64,000 bases of DNA from an uncultured virus (IMG/VR IMGVR_UViG_3300042450_001700) (Duplodnaviria > Heunggongvirae > Uroviricota > Caudoviricetes): IMG/VR virus record IMGVR_UViG_3300042450_001700; one strand, 5' to 3'. Positions 28,441 through 37,420 of this stretch are shown piece after piece. Every line of letters starts with the position of its first letter. The first letter of the stretch is position 1. The notes under the pieces were generated by a model. That model was not told the DNA's origin, did no database searches, and worked only from the letters and a program-made list of their open reading frames with translations. A program made the translations under genes and the position numbers.

Positions 28441-28671
28441 ATGGCAAAGAAGAAGGATTACCCGGCGATCAGCAAAGAGCAGAGGATCGAAGTCCTCTCG
28501 GTGTACCTCACCAAGATTGAATCAGGTCTTTCCGATCTGATCGCCAAGCGTGACAAGCTTCAAGACACCCCCGAGTCGGAATGGGCGCAACGCAACGTGC
28601 GAAACGCGACAGCACACATCGAAGTGACTCGCAACGAGCTTCACGCTCTCCTCGCAGAGGTGGCAGTCTGA
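28441..28671 (+). CDS. Hypothetical coiled-coil protein
   Basis: Class II promoter at 28379-28400, AAGGAG SD. Confidence 0.65.
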   Translation: MAKKKDYPAISKEQRIEVLSVYLTKIESGLSDLIAKRDKLQDTPESEWAQRNVRNATAHIEVTRNELHALLAEVAV

Positions 28672-29105
28672 TGGGGTCAGCAAACTTCCGCACAATCAAC
28701 ACAGGCGTGAACGCAGAAGCAGCATTCGATCAAGCCGTAGCTCAGGCATACGACGAGTACGGCTACGAGGGTTACACCGGCAGCATCGCTGAGAAAGACA
28801 GTTTCATAATCGTCCACCTCCCGCTCCACGCCGAAGCAGAACTGGTTGTAGGCGCTCTGGATCTCTCACAGTGCGCAGACTCCTACTACCCGACCGACAG
28901 AGAAGAAGCCGCTGCCGCCAAAACGTTACTCAACGCATACTTCGGTGAAAGCGACGCAGACCGGCTGATCGCCACCTACCTCAACAAGTGGGGACCGGCG
29001 CTCTGCTTCAAGCTTCGCCCACCCGAAATCGTCCAATGGGGCAGATACAACACGCTCCCAACTCACCAAGATGTGTTCTTGTTCGCAGGGTACGCATCCG
29101 AATGA
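28671..29105 (+). CDS. Conserved phage hypothetical protein
   Basis: MGSANF...AF..AV..A..EYG..GYTGSIAEK...KWGPA...FAGYASE. Confidence 0.75.
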   Translation: MGSANFRTINTGVNAEAAFDQAVAQAYDEYGYEGYTGSIAEKDSFIIVHLPLHAEAELVVGALDLSQCADSYYPTDREEAAAAKTLLNAYFGESDADRLIATYLNKWGPALCFKLRPPEIVQWGRYNTLPTHQDVFLFAGYASE

Positions 29106-29461
29106 ACCCACACACACTCGCCACCGGCAAAACCCCCGACCAAGCATTCAACAAAGCAACCCGCCAACCCGGAACCCACCTCACAAAAAAAGCGGGCTAC
29201 ACACACATCCCCCTCCCACCCAAAGTCATGGCACACAAAGTCCTAGCCGCCATCCAAGACACACAACACACAAACAACCCCAACGCAGACAACCGAGACA
29301 AACGAGCAGCCCAAAAAGCCGCCCAATGGCTCCAAACCCTCCCAACACCACCCCCACCCAACACCACCATCTGCCTACAACTAACAGGCCGACCCCTCAA
29401 CCAATACATCAACCAACACGGACCCCTCCCCAAAAACCACAACCTCTACATCTTCACCTAA
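29102..29461 (+). CDS. Diverged tandem paralog of the upstream gene, extremely C/A-skewed
   Basis: TGKTPDQAFNKA aligns with TGVNAEAAFDQA; ATGA-coupled. Confidence 0.55.
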   Translation: MNPHTLATGKTPDQAFNKATRQPGTHLTKKAGYTHIPLPPKVMAHKVLAAIQDTQHTNNPNADNRDKRAAQKAAQWLQTLPTPPPPNTTICLQLTGRPLNQYINQHGPLPKNHNLYIFT

Positions 29462-29632
29462 CCCCAAACCCAAACCCCCCCGAACAAACCCCACCCCCAA
29501 AACACAGGTCAGGAGTTTCAACCCACCACCTGTAGAAACATCGACTACAACAACATTTCGGATATACACAAACCGAACCACCCGGACTCAAAAAGAACCC
29601 ACAAAAAAAGATTGGGAGTTTCAAGTTGTCAA

Positions 29633-29822
29633 CTTTTCCAAAAAGTTATCCACAGGTTTTTCCACAGAGTTATCCACAGAACACCTGTTCGACGAACATT
29701 TGTTCGGAAAAGTTGTCCACAGGTTGTCCACAGGTTGTCCACAGCTTTATCCACAGAAAAGTTTTCCACAGGTTTTCCACAGGCAAAAGTTATCCACAGT
29801 TTGTCCACAGGTTTATCCCCAA
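29633..29822 (+). repeat. DnaA-box array with LexA-like boxes (left)
   Basis: TTATCCACA x4, TTGTCCACA x4 and TTTTCCACA x3, co-oriented at ~11-12 bp spacing; GAAC-N4-GTTC at 29679 and 29694. Confidence 0.85.
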
Positions 29823-29825
29823 CCT

Positions 29826-30602
29826 TGTTCGCTGTTCTCGGCTCGTGGTCGGCGCTCGTGGTCGGCTCTCGCTCTCTTGTTCTCGGCTCGTTCTCGGCTC
29901 TCGCTCTCGCTCTCATGTGGCTCTCATGTTGTGGCAATAGGTGAGACAGTAGGCGCGCGCTATCGGCTCTCTCTGTTCGCTCTCGTTCGTGTGGTCGGCG
30001 CGCTCTCGGCTCTCTCGTTCGTGCCGCTCGTGTTCGCTCTCGGCTCGTGGTCGGCTCTCTCTGTTCGTGGTTCGTTCGTGCCGCTCTCGCTCGTTCTCTT
30101 GGCTCGTGTTCGTGTGCGGCTCGTGGTCGGCTCTCTCTGTTCGTGGTTCGTTCGTGCCGCTCTCGCTCGTTCTCTTGGCTCGTGTTCGTGTGCCGCTCGT
30201 GGTCGGCTCTCGTGTTCGTGTGGCTCGTTCGCTCGTGTGGCTCGTGTGCCGCTCGTGTGGCTCTCTCTCGGCTCTCGTGTGCCGCTCTCGTGGCCCAGCA
30301 GCGCGTGCCGCTCTCGGCTCGTGGTTCGTGTGGCTCTCGTTCGTGTTCGTTCGCTCTCGTGGCTCTCGTGGCGCTCTCGTTCGTGGTCGGCGCTCATGGC
30401 TCTCTCGTGTGTTCTCTGTTCGCTCTCGGCTCTCGCTCTCGTGTGGCGCTCTCTCGCTCGTTCTCGTGGCTCGTGGTCGGCTCTCGTTGGCTCTCGCTCG
30501 TGGTGCCGCTCTCGTTCTCTCTCGTGGCTCGTGGCTCTCGCTCATGGCACTCACCCAGCAGCTCGTGCCGCTCGTGCCGCTCGTGCCGCTCGTTCTCGTT
30601 CT
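29826..30602. repeat. Adenine-free low-complexity tract 1
   Basis: Mosaic of GCTCTC/GCTCGTG/GTTC/GCC/GGTCG units. Confidence 0.9.
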
Positions 30603-30605
30603 CCC

Positions 30606-30646
30606 CAAAAACTAGAACGAGAGCCGACCGTTTTGGTCGGCTCTCG
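30606..30646 (-). terminator. Cassette terminator
   Basis: GAGAGCCGACC-AAAAC-GGTCGGCTCTC hairpin then GTTCTAGTTTTT; repeated at ~31641-31682, 32686-32728 and 33646-33684. Confidence 0.75.
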
Positions 30647-30657
30647 TTCTCGGCTCG

Positions 30658-30984
30658 TCAGTCCTTGAATATTGCTTTTAGCTCGGCAGTGATTGCCCGC
30701 TGAAGCGCTGGAATTTCGCGCACAAGAGCGTTGTACGTTTTCGGCTCAACCGCCAAAGTGTGAGTGCCAACACCTTGAGCGTTGAGAGTGCGAACCCACT
30801 TAGGCGTTCCGGCGTATCCTTCGTCAGTTGTGATGACTTTCGTGCCGTTCTCGTTGTAACCAACGAACACCCGGCGAGGATTTCCATGTACGTTGTTTGT
30901 TGTTGTGTAGTAGCCGATCGAACGGATGTTGAGCAGTAGCTCGTGTGCGGTCATTTGGTTGGCGAGTACTTCGTGGATTGCCAT
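30658..30984 (-). CDS. Cassette gene 1, hypothetical (108 aa)
   Basis: Normal-complexity ORF between the conserved leader and terminator. Confidence 0.75.
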   Translation of the reverse strand: MAIHEVLANQMTAHELLLNIRSIGYYTTTNNVHGNPRRVFVGYNENGTKVITTDEGYAGTPKWVRTLNAQGVGTHTLAVEPKTYNALVREIPALQRAITAELKAIFKD

Positions 30985-31172
30985 GATTTTTCTCTCATTC
31001 CCGAGCGGCTCGTGCCGCTCGTGTTGTTGGTGTGACTACATTCAACCAAAGATTGGAACAGAACGCAATAGCAAAACACCAGATTCTTTTTCTGACAGCG
31101 ATTTAGCCGCTAGAACTAGGGGGTTTTGCCCCAAAAGAAATATTTTGGAATCGCTCCAAAACGGTCGTTTTG
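30985..31172 (-). promoter_or_regulatory. Conserved ~185-bp cassette upstream block (4 copies)
   Basis: Homologous to 31961-32146, 33022-33208 and 33999-34180; includes TTGCGT, GTAGTCACACCAACAACACGAG and a hairpin before GAGAG. Confidence 0.75.
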
Positions 31173-31635
31173 GCGCTCTCGGCTCATGTTGCTCTCGGCT
31201 CTCGTGGTGCCGCTCATGTTGCTCTCGTGCCGCTCTCGCTCTCGGCTCTCGCTTGCCGCTCATGGCGCTCTCGTGTGGTCGGCGCTCGTGGCTCTCGGCT
31301 CGTGGTCGGCGCTCTCACCCAGCAGCGCTCTCGCGCGCTCTCGTGGCTCGTGGTCGGCGCTCGGCTCATGGTCGGCTCGTGCCGCTCTCACCCAGCGCTC
31401 GTGTGGCGCTCGTGTGGTGCCGCTCTCGGCTCGTTCTCTCTCGTGGTCGGCTCTCGTGCCGCTCGTGCCGCTCGTGGCGCTCTCGTGGCTCGTGGTGCCG
31501 CTCTCTCGGCTCTCGGCTCGTGTGCTTGCTCTCGCTCTCTCTCGTGCCGCTCTCGGCTCGTGTGGTGCCGCTCGTGGCTCATGCCGCTCTCGGCTCTCGC
31601 CCAGTCTTGTGTGGCGCTCGTGGCGCTCTCTCGTT
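31173..31635. repeat. Adenine-free low-complexity tract 2
   Basis: Same unit vocabulary as tract 1. Confidence 0.9.
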
Positions 31636-31693
31636 GGATCCAAAAACTAGAACGAGAGCCGACCGTTTTGGTCGGCTCTCGCTCTCGCTCGTT

Positions 31694-31960
31694 CTAGCCT
31701 AGTTGATCCTCTCGTTTTGGCAGTAGTTGGAGTTCTTCCCGATCTCCGGCGAGAGCGTCACAACATTCGCACAAGTTGCGGCTGAATGATCCCGAGAACC
31801 AATCCGAAGCCGGAACCAGATCAAAATCCTTGCTTAGTTCTTCGATCCCTTTTTGGCATGCAATCGAATCGGCTTCGCTCATTCCCGAGTCATCGCCATC
31901 AGCGATCATTTGGAGGCAGTTGAGGCAAACTCGGATGGTGATGATGTCTGACAGCTTCAT
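31694..31960 (-). CDS. Cassette gene 2, acidic Zn-binding-like (88 aa)
   Basis: VCLNC...FS...CECC...GDR motif. Confidence 0.75.
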   Translation of the reverse strand: MKLSDIITIRVCLNCLQMIADGDDSGMSEADSIACQKGIEELSKDFDLVPASDWFSGSFSRNLCECCDALAGDREELQLLPKREDQLG

Positions 31961-32146
31961 TTTTTTCTCTCATTCCCGAGCGGCTCGTGCCGCTCGTGTT
32001 GTTGGTGTGACTACATCAAAGCAAACATTTTGACTATACGCAATAGCAAAATGCGAGATTCTTTTTCTGACCGGGGTTTTGCCGCTAGTTCTAGGGGTTT
32101 TCACGCCAAAAGAAATATTTTGGAATACGTCCAAAACGGACGTTTT

Positions 32147-32685
32147 GCCGCTCTCGGCTCTCTTGTGCCGCTCGTGTTCTCGTGGTTCTCGCTCTCTCGT
32201 TCTCTCGGCTCGTGTGGCGCTCGTGTGGTCGGCTCATGGCGCTCTCGCTCGTGGTTCGTCCTAGTGCCGCTCTCGTGGCTCGTGGCGCTCGTGTGTGGCT
32301 CTCTCGTGGTTCTCGTGGCGCTCTCGTGTGGCGCTCGTTCTCATGCCGCTCTCGTGGCTCTCGTGTGGCTCGTGGTTCGTGCCGCTCGTGGTTCTCGGCT
32401 CTCACCCAGCAGCGCGCTCGTGTGGCTCGTGTGGTGCCGCTCGTGTTCGTTCGTGGTTCGTGGTCGGCGCTCGTGTTCTCTGTTCGCTCTCGTGGCTCGT
32501 GTGGCGCTCTCGTGGCGCTCATGGTGCCGCTCTCGTTCGTGGTCGGCTCATGTGGCTCTCTCGTGGCTCGTGGTTGCTCGTTCGTGGTTGCTCTCGGCTC
32601 ATGGCGCTCTCGTGTTCGTTCGTGCCGCTCTCGGCTCTCTCGTGGCTCTCACCCAGCGCTCGTGGTGCCGCTCTCGGCTCGTGCC
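32147..32685. repeat. Adenine-free low-complexity tract 3
   Basis: Same unit vocabulary. Confidence 0.9.
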
Positions 32686-32736
32686 AAAAACGGCAACAAG
32701 CGCCGACCGTTTTGGTCGGCGCTCGTTGCTCGTTTT

Positions 32737-33021
32737 CTAGAACGCTTGGAACAGAATCCCGTCGCAAAATTCGACTGCAAAAGTCATATCGTTGAGAGCG
32801 TCAAGCGAGTCGAAATTTTCGCCGTAGTTCTCGTTGATCTCTTCCAAGTCTGCCGCAAACATCCATTCTTGATCGAATGCGATTGGATCGAATTCAACCC
32901 CTTGGCCTTCTTCTTCTGCCGCTTCGATAAGCTCAAACAGTGCGTAGGATGCGTTGATCGGCCAGTTGCAAAGTGTGCGCATTGTTTGGGCAAACGTGCA
33001 GGCTGTCAGTAGTTCGTACAT
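32737..33021 (-). CDS. Cassette gene 3, very acidic protein (94 aa)
   Basis: SYALFELIE...EFDPIAFDQEW...LDALNDMT; D/E-rich. Confidence 0.75.
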   Translation of the reverse strand: MYELLTACTFAQTMRTLCNWPINASYALFELIEAAEEEGQGVEFDPIAFDQEWMFAADLEEINENYGENFDSLDALNDMTFAVEFCDGILFQAF

Positions 33022-33208
33022 TTTCTTTTCTCATTTCCCGAGCAGTTGGTGCCGCTCGTGTTGTTGGTGTGACTACATCAAAGCAAAGATTTGAAAGATA
33101 CGCAATAGCAAAACACGAGATTCTTTTTTCGACCGGGGTTTTCGCCCTAGAACTAGCGGGTTTTGCACCAAAAGAAATATTTTGGAATCGCTCCAAAACG
33201 GCAGTTTT

Positions 33209-33645
33209 CGCGCTCTCGCTCGTTCTCTCGTGTTGCTCGTTCTCGGCTCTCGGCTCATGGTTCTCTCGGCTCTCGTGTGGTGCCGCTCTCGCTCTCGGCT
33301 CTCGCTCTCGGCTCGTGTGCCGCTCTCGCCCAGCAGCGCGCTCGTGTGCCGCTCTCGTGTGGTTCGTGGTCGGCTCTCGGCTCTCGCTCATGGTTGCTCT
33401 CGTGTGCCGCTCGTGTTCGTGGCAGATACCCAGCGGCGCGTGCCGCTCTCGTGGCTCGTGTTTGCTCTCGGCTCATGCCGCTCTCGTGGTTGCTCTCTCG
33501 TGGCTCTCTCGGCTCGTGGTTGCTCTCTCGCTCGTGCCGCTCATGGTCGGCTCGTGGTGCCGCTCTCGGCTCTCGTGGTCGGCTCTCGTGCCGCTCTCGT
33601 TCTCGTGGCTCTCCCAGCCGCTCGTGGCGCTCGTGTGGCGCTCGC
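33209..33645. repeat. Adenine-free low-complexity tract 4
   Basis: Same unit vocabulary. Confidence 0.9.
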
Positions 33646-33698
33646 AAAAACGAGAATGAGCGCCGACCTTTTTGGTCGGCGCTCGTGGCTCGTGTGGT

Positions 33699-33998
33699 TC
33701 AGTCGTATTCAACCTCACCCCATTGATTTGTTCGTGAATGACAGAACTCTTCAACATAGTAAGAGTTGAGATCAACGTATTTTGGTGCCGCTTCAGCCGC
33801 TTCAGCCGCTTCAGCGATTTCCATGACTAGCGCCCTAGTCGAAACTGACGGAACCGATTTGCCGCCAGCGTTTTTGGCGATTTCAGTCCACTCAGAATCG
33901 GTCAAGTACTCGGGGTTTTTGCCGATAGTGGCGATTTCTGTCGCCATCTTCTTAGCAAGCTTTGCCCGATTTGCTAGGTGTGCCGGATGTGCTTTCAT
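33699..33998 (-). CDS. Cassette gene 4, HPxHL-family copy 3
   Basis: MKAHPAHLANR...W..IA..AG...PS..T. Confidence 0.75.
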   Translation of the reverse strand: MKAHPAHLANRAKLAKKMATEIATIGKNPEYLTDSEWTEIAKNAGGKSVPSVSTRALVMEIAEAAEAAEAAPKYVDLNSYYVEEFCHSRTNQWGEVEYD

Positions 33999-34180
33999 TC
34001 TGCTCTCTCTTCCCGAGCCGCTCGGCTCGTGTTGTTGGTGTGACTACATCAAAGCAAAGATTCCACACATAAGCAATAGCAAAATGCGAGATTCTTTTTG
34101 GAACAGCGGTTTTACCCCTAGAACTAGGGGGTTTTGCACCAAAAGAAATCTTTTGGAATCAGCCCAAAACGGTCGTTTTG

Positions 34181-34528
34181 GCTCTCGGCTCGCTCTCTCA
34201 TGGTCGGCTCTCGGCTCGTGTTCTCATGGCTCTCTCATGGCGCTCTCATGGTTCTCTCTCTCTTGTGCCGCTCTCGCTCTCTCATGCCGCTCTCGTGGTC
34301 GGCTCGTGGCTCGTGGCGCTCTCTCTTGCTCTCGGCTCTCGTGTGGCGCTCTCGTGGCTCGTGTGGTTGCTCTCTGTTCTCGTGGCGCTCTCTGTTCTCT
34401 CTCGGCTCGTGTTCTCTCTCTCATGGCGCGCTCGTTCTCGTGGTCGGCTCGTGGTCGGCTCGTGGTTGCTCTCGCTCTCTCGCTCTCGGCTCTCTCATGG
34501 TCGGCTCGTGTGGCGCTCTCGGCTCATG
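34181..34528. repeat. Adenine-free low-complexity tract 5
   Basis: Same unit vocabulary. Confidence 0.9.
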
Positions 34529-34614
34529 CAAAACATCTGCCGAACTCGTGACAGAAAACCGCCACTAGCGCGCGCGGTCGATTCCAAAACGACCAACACG
34601 AAAACGCCCGCGAG

Positions 34615-34846
34615 TTATCCCCAACCACACCAACCAGACGAGCCAAAAACAGCCAAAAGTTTTCCACAGGTTTTCCACAGGTTTTCCACAACTTTTTCCA
34701 CAGAACACCCGTTCCCCAAACGAATGTTCGATCAAAGTTATCCACAAGTTATCCACAGGTTTATCCACAGAACACCTGTTCGATCCGGTTATCCCCAGAG
34801 TTATCCACAGGTTTATCCACAGGTTTATCCACAGCCTGTGGATAAC
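34615..34846 (+). repeat. DnaA-box array with LexA-like boxes (right)
   Basis: TTATCCACA x6 plus one inverted copy (34837), TTTTCCACA x4; GAAC-N4-GTTC at 34703 and 34770. Confidence 0.85.
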
Positions 34847-35068
34847 CCAGCCCAGCCCAGCCCAGCCCCAAGCGGGCGGCGGCGGGCGGGCGGCAGCGGC
34901 GGCCCAGCCAGCGCGAGTTTTCCGGGCGGCGGGCGGCGGCGGCCAGCGCGAATTTCCGGGCGGGTGGGCGGCCCAGTCCGGCCCAGTCCGGCCCCGGATA
35001 AACGGCGGCCCAGCCAGCGCGAGTTTTCTAGGGGGCGGCGGGGCGGCGGGCCAGCGCGAATTTTCTAA
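34847..35068. repeat. GC-rich repeat block
   Basis: CCCAG tandem repeats, GGGC/GGC runs and four CCAGCGCGA(G/A)TTT units. Confidence 0.8.
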
Positions 35069-35074
35069 TTCGGA

Positions 35075-35461
35075 TTACCTATAAGGCGAAAGCGTCCCCG
35101 CAGCAGGAAACCCCCGTGATAACCACCCGCAAACCAAAAGCTCAATCGACGGGCGCACAACCAGAGCCGAAACCCCGGCAGCAGCCAGATCGTCTAGCCA
35201 TTCACGTTGTTCGACGGAAAGACGACCGACTTCCCGTTTGAGTTCAAGACATGCGAAACCGAAACGCGGGTGGACGAGCGCGAGGTCGGGGAACCCTTTA
35301 GCGTCTGCGTCACCGACGAAAACGCCTGCTGAGACTTGTCGTCGTGAATCGTGGAAGTGTGCGACACGCCATCCGTATAAACGGGCGAAAGTCATTATCC
35401 GGTTTTGTAGGTCTTTCTCGGTGATCTCTCGGAATGCTTTCTCTTCATTCGTAAGTCGCAT
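35075..35461 (-). CDS. VRR-NUC domain nuclease
   Basis: TEKDLQ, GFPDL, ELK...GRLS.EQ..WL motifs. Confidence 0.85.
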   Translation of the reverse strand: MRLTNEEKAFREITEKDLQNRIMTFARLYGWRVAHFHDSRRQVSAGVFVGDADAKGFPDLALVHPRFGFACLELKREVGRLSVEQREWLDDLAAAGVSALVVRPSIELLVCGWLSRGFPAAGTLSPYR

Positions 35462-35630
35462 TGTTATCCGTTCTGAACGCGTTGAAAGCCCCGAGGAGTG
35501 TTGCGAGTCCTCTGGTTTTGCAGATACCGCTTTTCACGATTCGTGGTCCACGCCAAACAACCCATACCCACTTTCGGTTGCTTCGCCGTTTCGTATCAAA
35601 CCAAATCCGATCAGTTGATGTATCTGTCAT
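35445..35630 (-). CDS. Hypothetical small protein
   Basis: Overlapping ORF within the operon. Confidence 0.45.
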   Translation of the reverse strand: MTDTSTDRIWFDTKRRSNRKWVWVVWRGPRIVKSGICKTRGLATLLGAFNAFRTDNNATYE

Positions 35631-35976
35631 TGCGTGAACCTAACTGTTCCCATTCTTCATCTCCTTCACGAACAACTAATACTTGACCAAACAGGTCACG
35701 AATCAGTTTTGGGTTGTCTTCGATGAACCCGTTTGACCAGTTACATGCAGGGATCAGGTTATTCGGGTTGATAAGGCTTCCACCTGCTGATCGTTTACGT
35801 CGTTCGTGTAAACCTTGGATTCCTGCGCATTGAGTTCGTATTGACTCGTCTTGTAACAGCGGGCAAATCAGGCAACCTATACCTGATTTGATTAGTGATT
35901 GGATAAGAGGAACCCTTGTTTCTTTCATCAGTGTTGAACGTTTTTCAGAACGTGGTCTGAGTTTGCGACCCTTCAT
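35611..35976 (-). CDS. HNH endonuclease-like protein
   Basis: CLIC, HERRKRSAGGS...NLIPACNWSN motif. Confidence 0.7.
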   Translation of the reverse strand: MKGRKLRPRSEKRSTLMKETRVPLIQSLIKSGIGCLICPLLQDESIRTQCAGIQGLHERRKRSAGGSLINPNNLIPACNWSNGFIEDNPKLIRDLFGQVLVVREGDEEWEQLGSRNDRYIN

Positions 35977-36070
35977 TGGCGACCGTTCATTGGCGACCGT
36001 CTAGGCTTGGCGACCGCCCATTGGCGACCGCCCAAGATTGGCGACCGATACCCCCTACTGGCGACCGATA
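35976..36070 (+). repeat. Six direct repeats of (T/C)TGGCGACCG
   Basis: Copies at 35976, 35990, 36007, 36021, 36038 and 36058. Confidence 0.85.
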
Positions 36071-36088
36071 CCGGTACAGCACATCTGC

Positions 36089-36316
36089 TCATTCGGCAGC
36101 GTCTTCCTCGTAGGCTAATAAGAGTATTTCTGATACCTGAACGGCAGTGAACGACACATTCATTACCCCACCAACTTTGCCCATCAGTTGCCCTTCGACC
36201 CCGTAAAGATTCGTTTGATTCAACGCAAGGATAACGCCATGCCCTTCGTTCTCTGCGTTTAGCAATGCCTCTTCAATCGTGTCAGGCGCTAACTTGAATT
36301 TGTTCTTCACGACCAA
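36089..36316 (-). CDS. Hypothetical protein
   Basis: AAGGAGG SD. Confidence 0.6.
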   Translation of the reverse strand: MVVKNKFKLAPDTIEEALLNAENEGHGVILALNQTNLYGVEGQLMGKVGGVMNVSFTAVQVSEILLLAYEEDAAE

Positions 36317-36368
36317 CCTCCTTGTTGTAGGAGATGCTACCTGTGGGGTTAGACCCGAATATGTCTAT

Positions 36369-36635
36369 ATGGGCAGTTATGGTTTACGGATGGATGAAGA
36401 ATCGTTTGACTACCCTGAAGACCCTTATCAGCTTGATGAGGTAGGTATAGGGACGGTTACGTCTTTAGAGGATGACGGGGTTGGAACCTACTTGTCTGTG
36501 TTGATTTCTGCGCATAACTCTTATGAGGGAGGTGCGTTCCACTTTGTTGTATCTCCTGAAGACGCGTTGAAGGTCGCCGCTTTGATTCTTGACTCTGTTG
36601 TGCTTATAAAGGCTTCTCTGACTGAGACTGAATAA
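36369..36635 (+). CDS. Acidic hypothetical protein (start 36369 or 36390)
   Basis: 3' part of tracked ORF 36279..36635. Confidence 0.55.
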   Translation: MGSYGLRMDEESFDYPEDPYQLDEVGIGTVTSLEDDGVGTYLSVLISAHNSYEGGAFHFVVSPEDALKVAALILDSVVLIKASLTETE

Positions 36636-36637
36636 GC

Positions 36638-36902
36638 GGCTTGGTCCAGTCCCGTCACGGCTGGGCGAAGCCGGTATCGGGTTTCAGTAAATGCGAAAGG
36701 ACCGGAAGTCTGTGCTTCAGTGCTTCGCTCCTGCGGAGCTTCTCTGTCGCTCACTTCTCCGGTCCTTTGTAGCTTGAGCTTCTCTATCCTCGTTCCTACG
36801 GAACTTCAGTGCTTCGCTCAGTTGCTTTGTAGCTAGTGGCTAGGCCGTCCGTTCCCGGTTTCATTCCCGGACTTGACCGCTTTGCGCAGGTACTCGCTAC
36901 CC
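36638..36902 (-). ncRNA. Structured ncRNA candidate F (~265 nt)
   Basis: Class I promoter TTGCGC-N17-TACGGT at 36908-36936; closing stem GGTC-A-AGTCC/GGACT-G-GACC; duplicated internal motifs. Confidence 0.65.
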
Positions 36903-37033
36903 CCATTACCGTATCAGGGTTTACTACAGTGCGCAAGTCAATAACGAAACAATCTCAGATTTCTTTTTGACCACCATCGGGCCACCACCACCAGTTTCCT
37001 GTTTGCGTCCATAGAGAATGTTATTGTTGAAGT

Positions 37034-37420
37034 ATGGAATCAGAAACAGTACAACCAATGAAGCAACGCAAGTCAGGCCGTCCCCTCAAAACAGACGAAC
37101 CACTCAAGACCTACTCGTTCAGTCTGAGCGAAAACCAGATCGCACTTCTTGACGGTTGGGCTAAAGCGAAGGGCGAGTCGCGATCCGCAGTGTTGCGTTC
37201 ACTCGTTATGCGTTTGGAAGCAGCGCCGGTGGTTGAGCCTAAGCCGCTTCAACTGAACCCGGTTGAAGTGCAGCCTGTAGCAGATGCGCCTCGCCCGCCG
37301 AGCGACATCGCTGTTGAAGCAGCAGTAGCGGCTGTTGAGTACGATGCGGCAGTTGAGCCTCCGGTTGAACTGACTGTTGCTCAACGCATCGCAGCAGCTC
37401 TTGCATCTCTTGATGCGTAG
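37034..37420 (+). CDS. Ribbon-helix-helix (CopG-like) DNA-binding protein
   Basis: GRP...YSFSLS....LLD.WA...GESRSAVLR pattern; leaderless. Confidence 0.75.
   Translation: MESETVQPMKQRKSGRPLKTDEPLKTYSFSLSENQIALLDGWAKAKGESRSAVLRSLVMRLEAAPVVEPKPLQLNPVEVQPVADAPRPPSDIAVEAAVAAVEYDAAVEPPVELTVAQRIAAALASLDA

Noticed and set aside
29826..34528. Possible CRISPR array or integron
   Set aside because: No constant-length repeat with unique spacers, no cas operon and no integrase or attC pattern; the Cas4-like gene is a common stand-alone phage exonuclease
29612..35068. Many long tracked ORFs rich in S/R/L/A/V/W or E/R/H/T across the repeat island
   Set aside because: They are open only because the A-free strand cannot form stop codons; all frames are open, with no SD or protein-like composition
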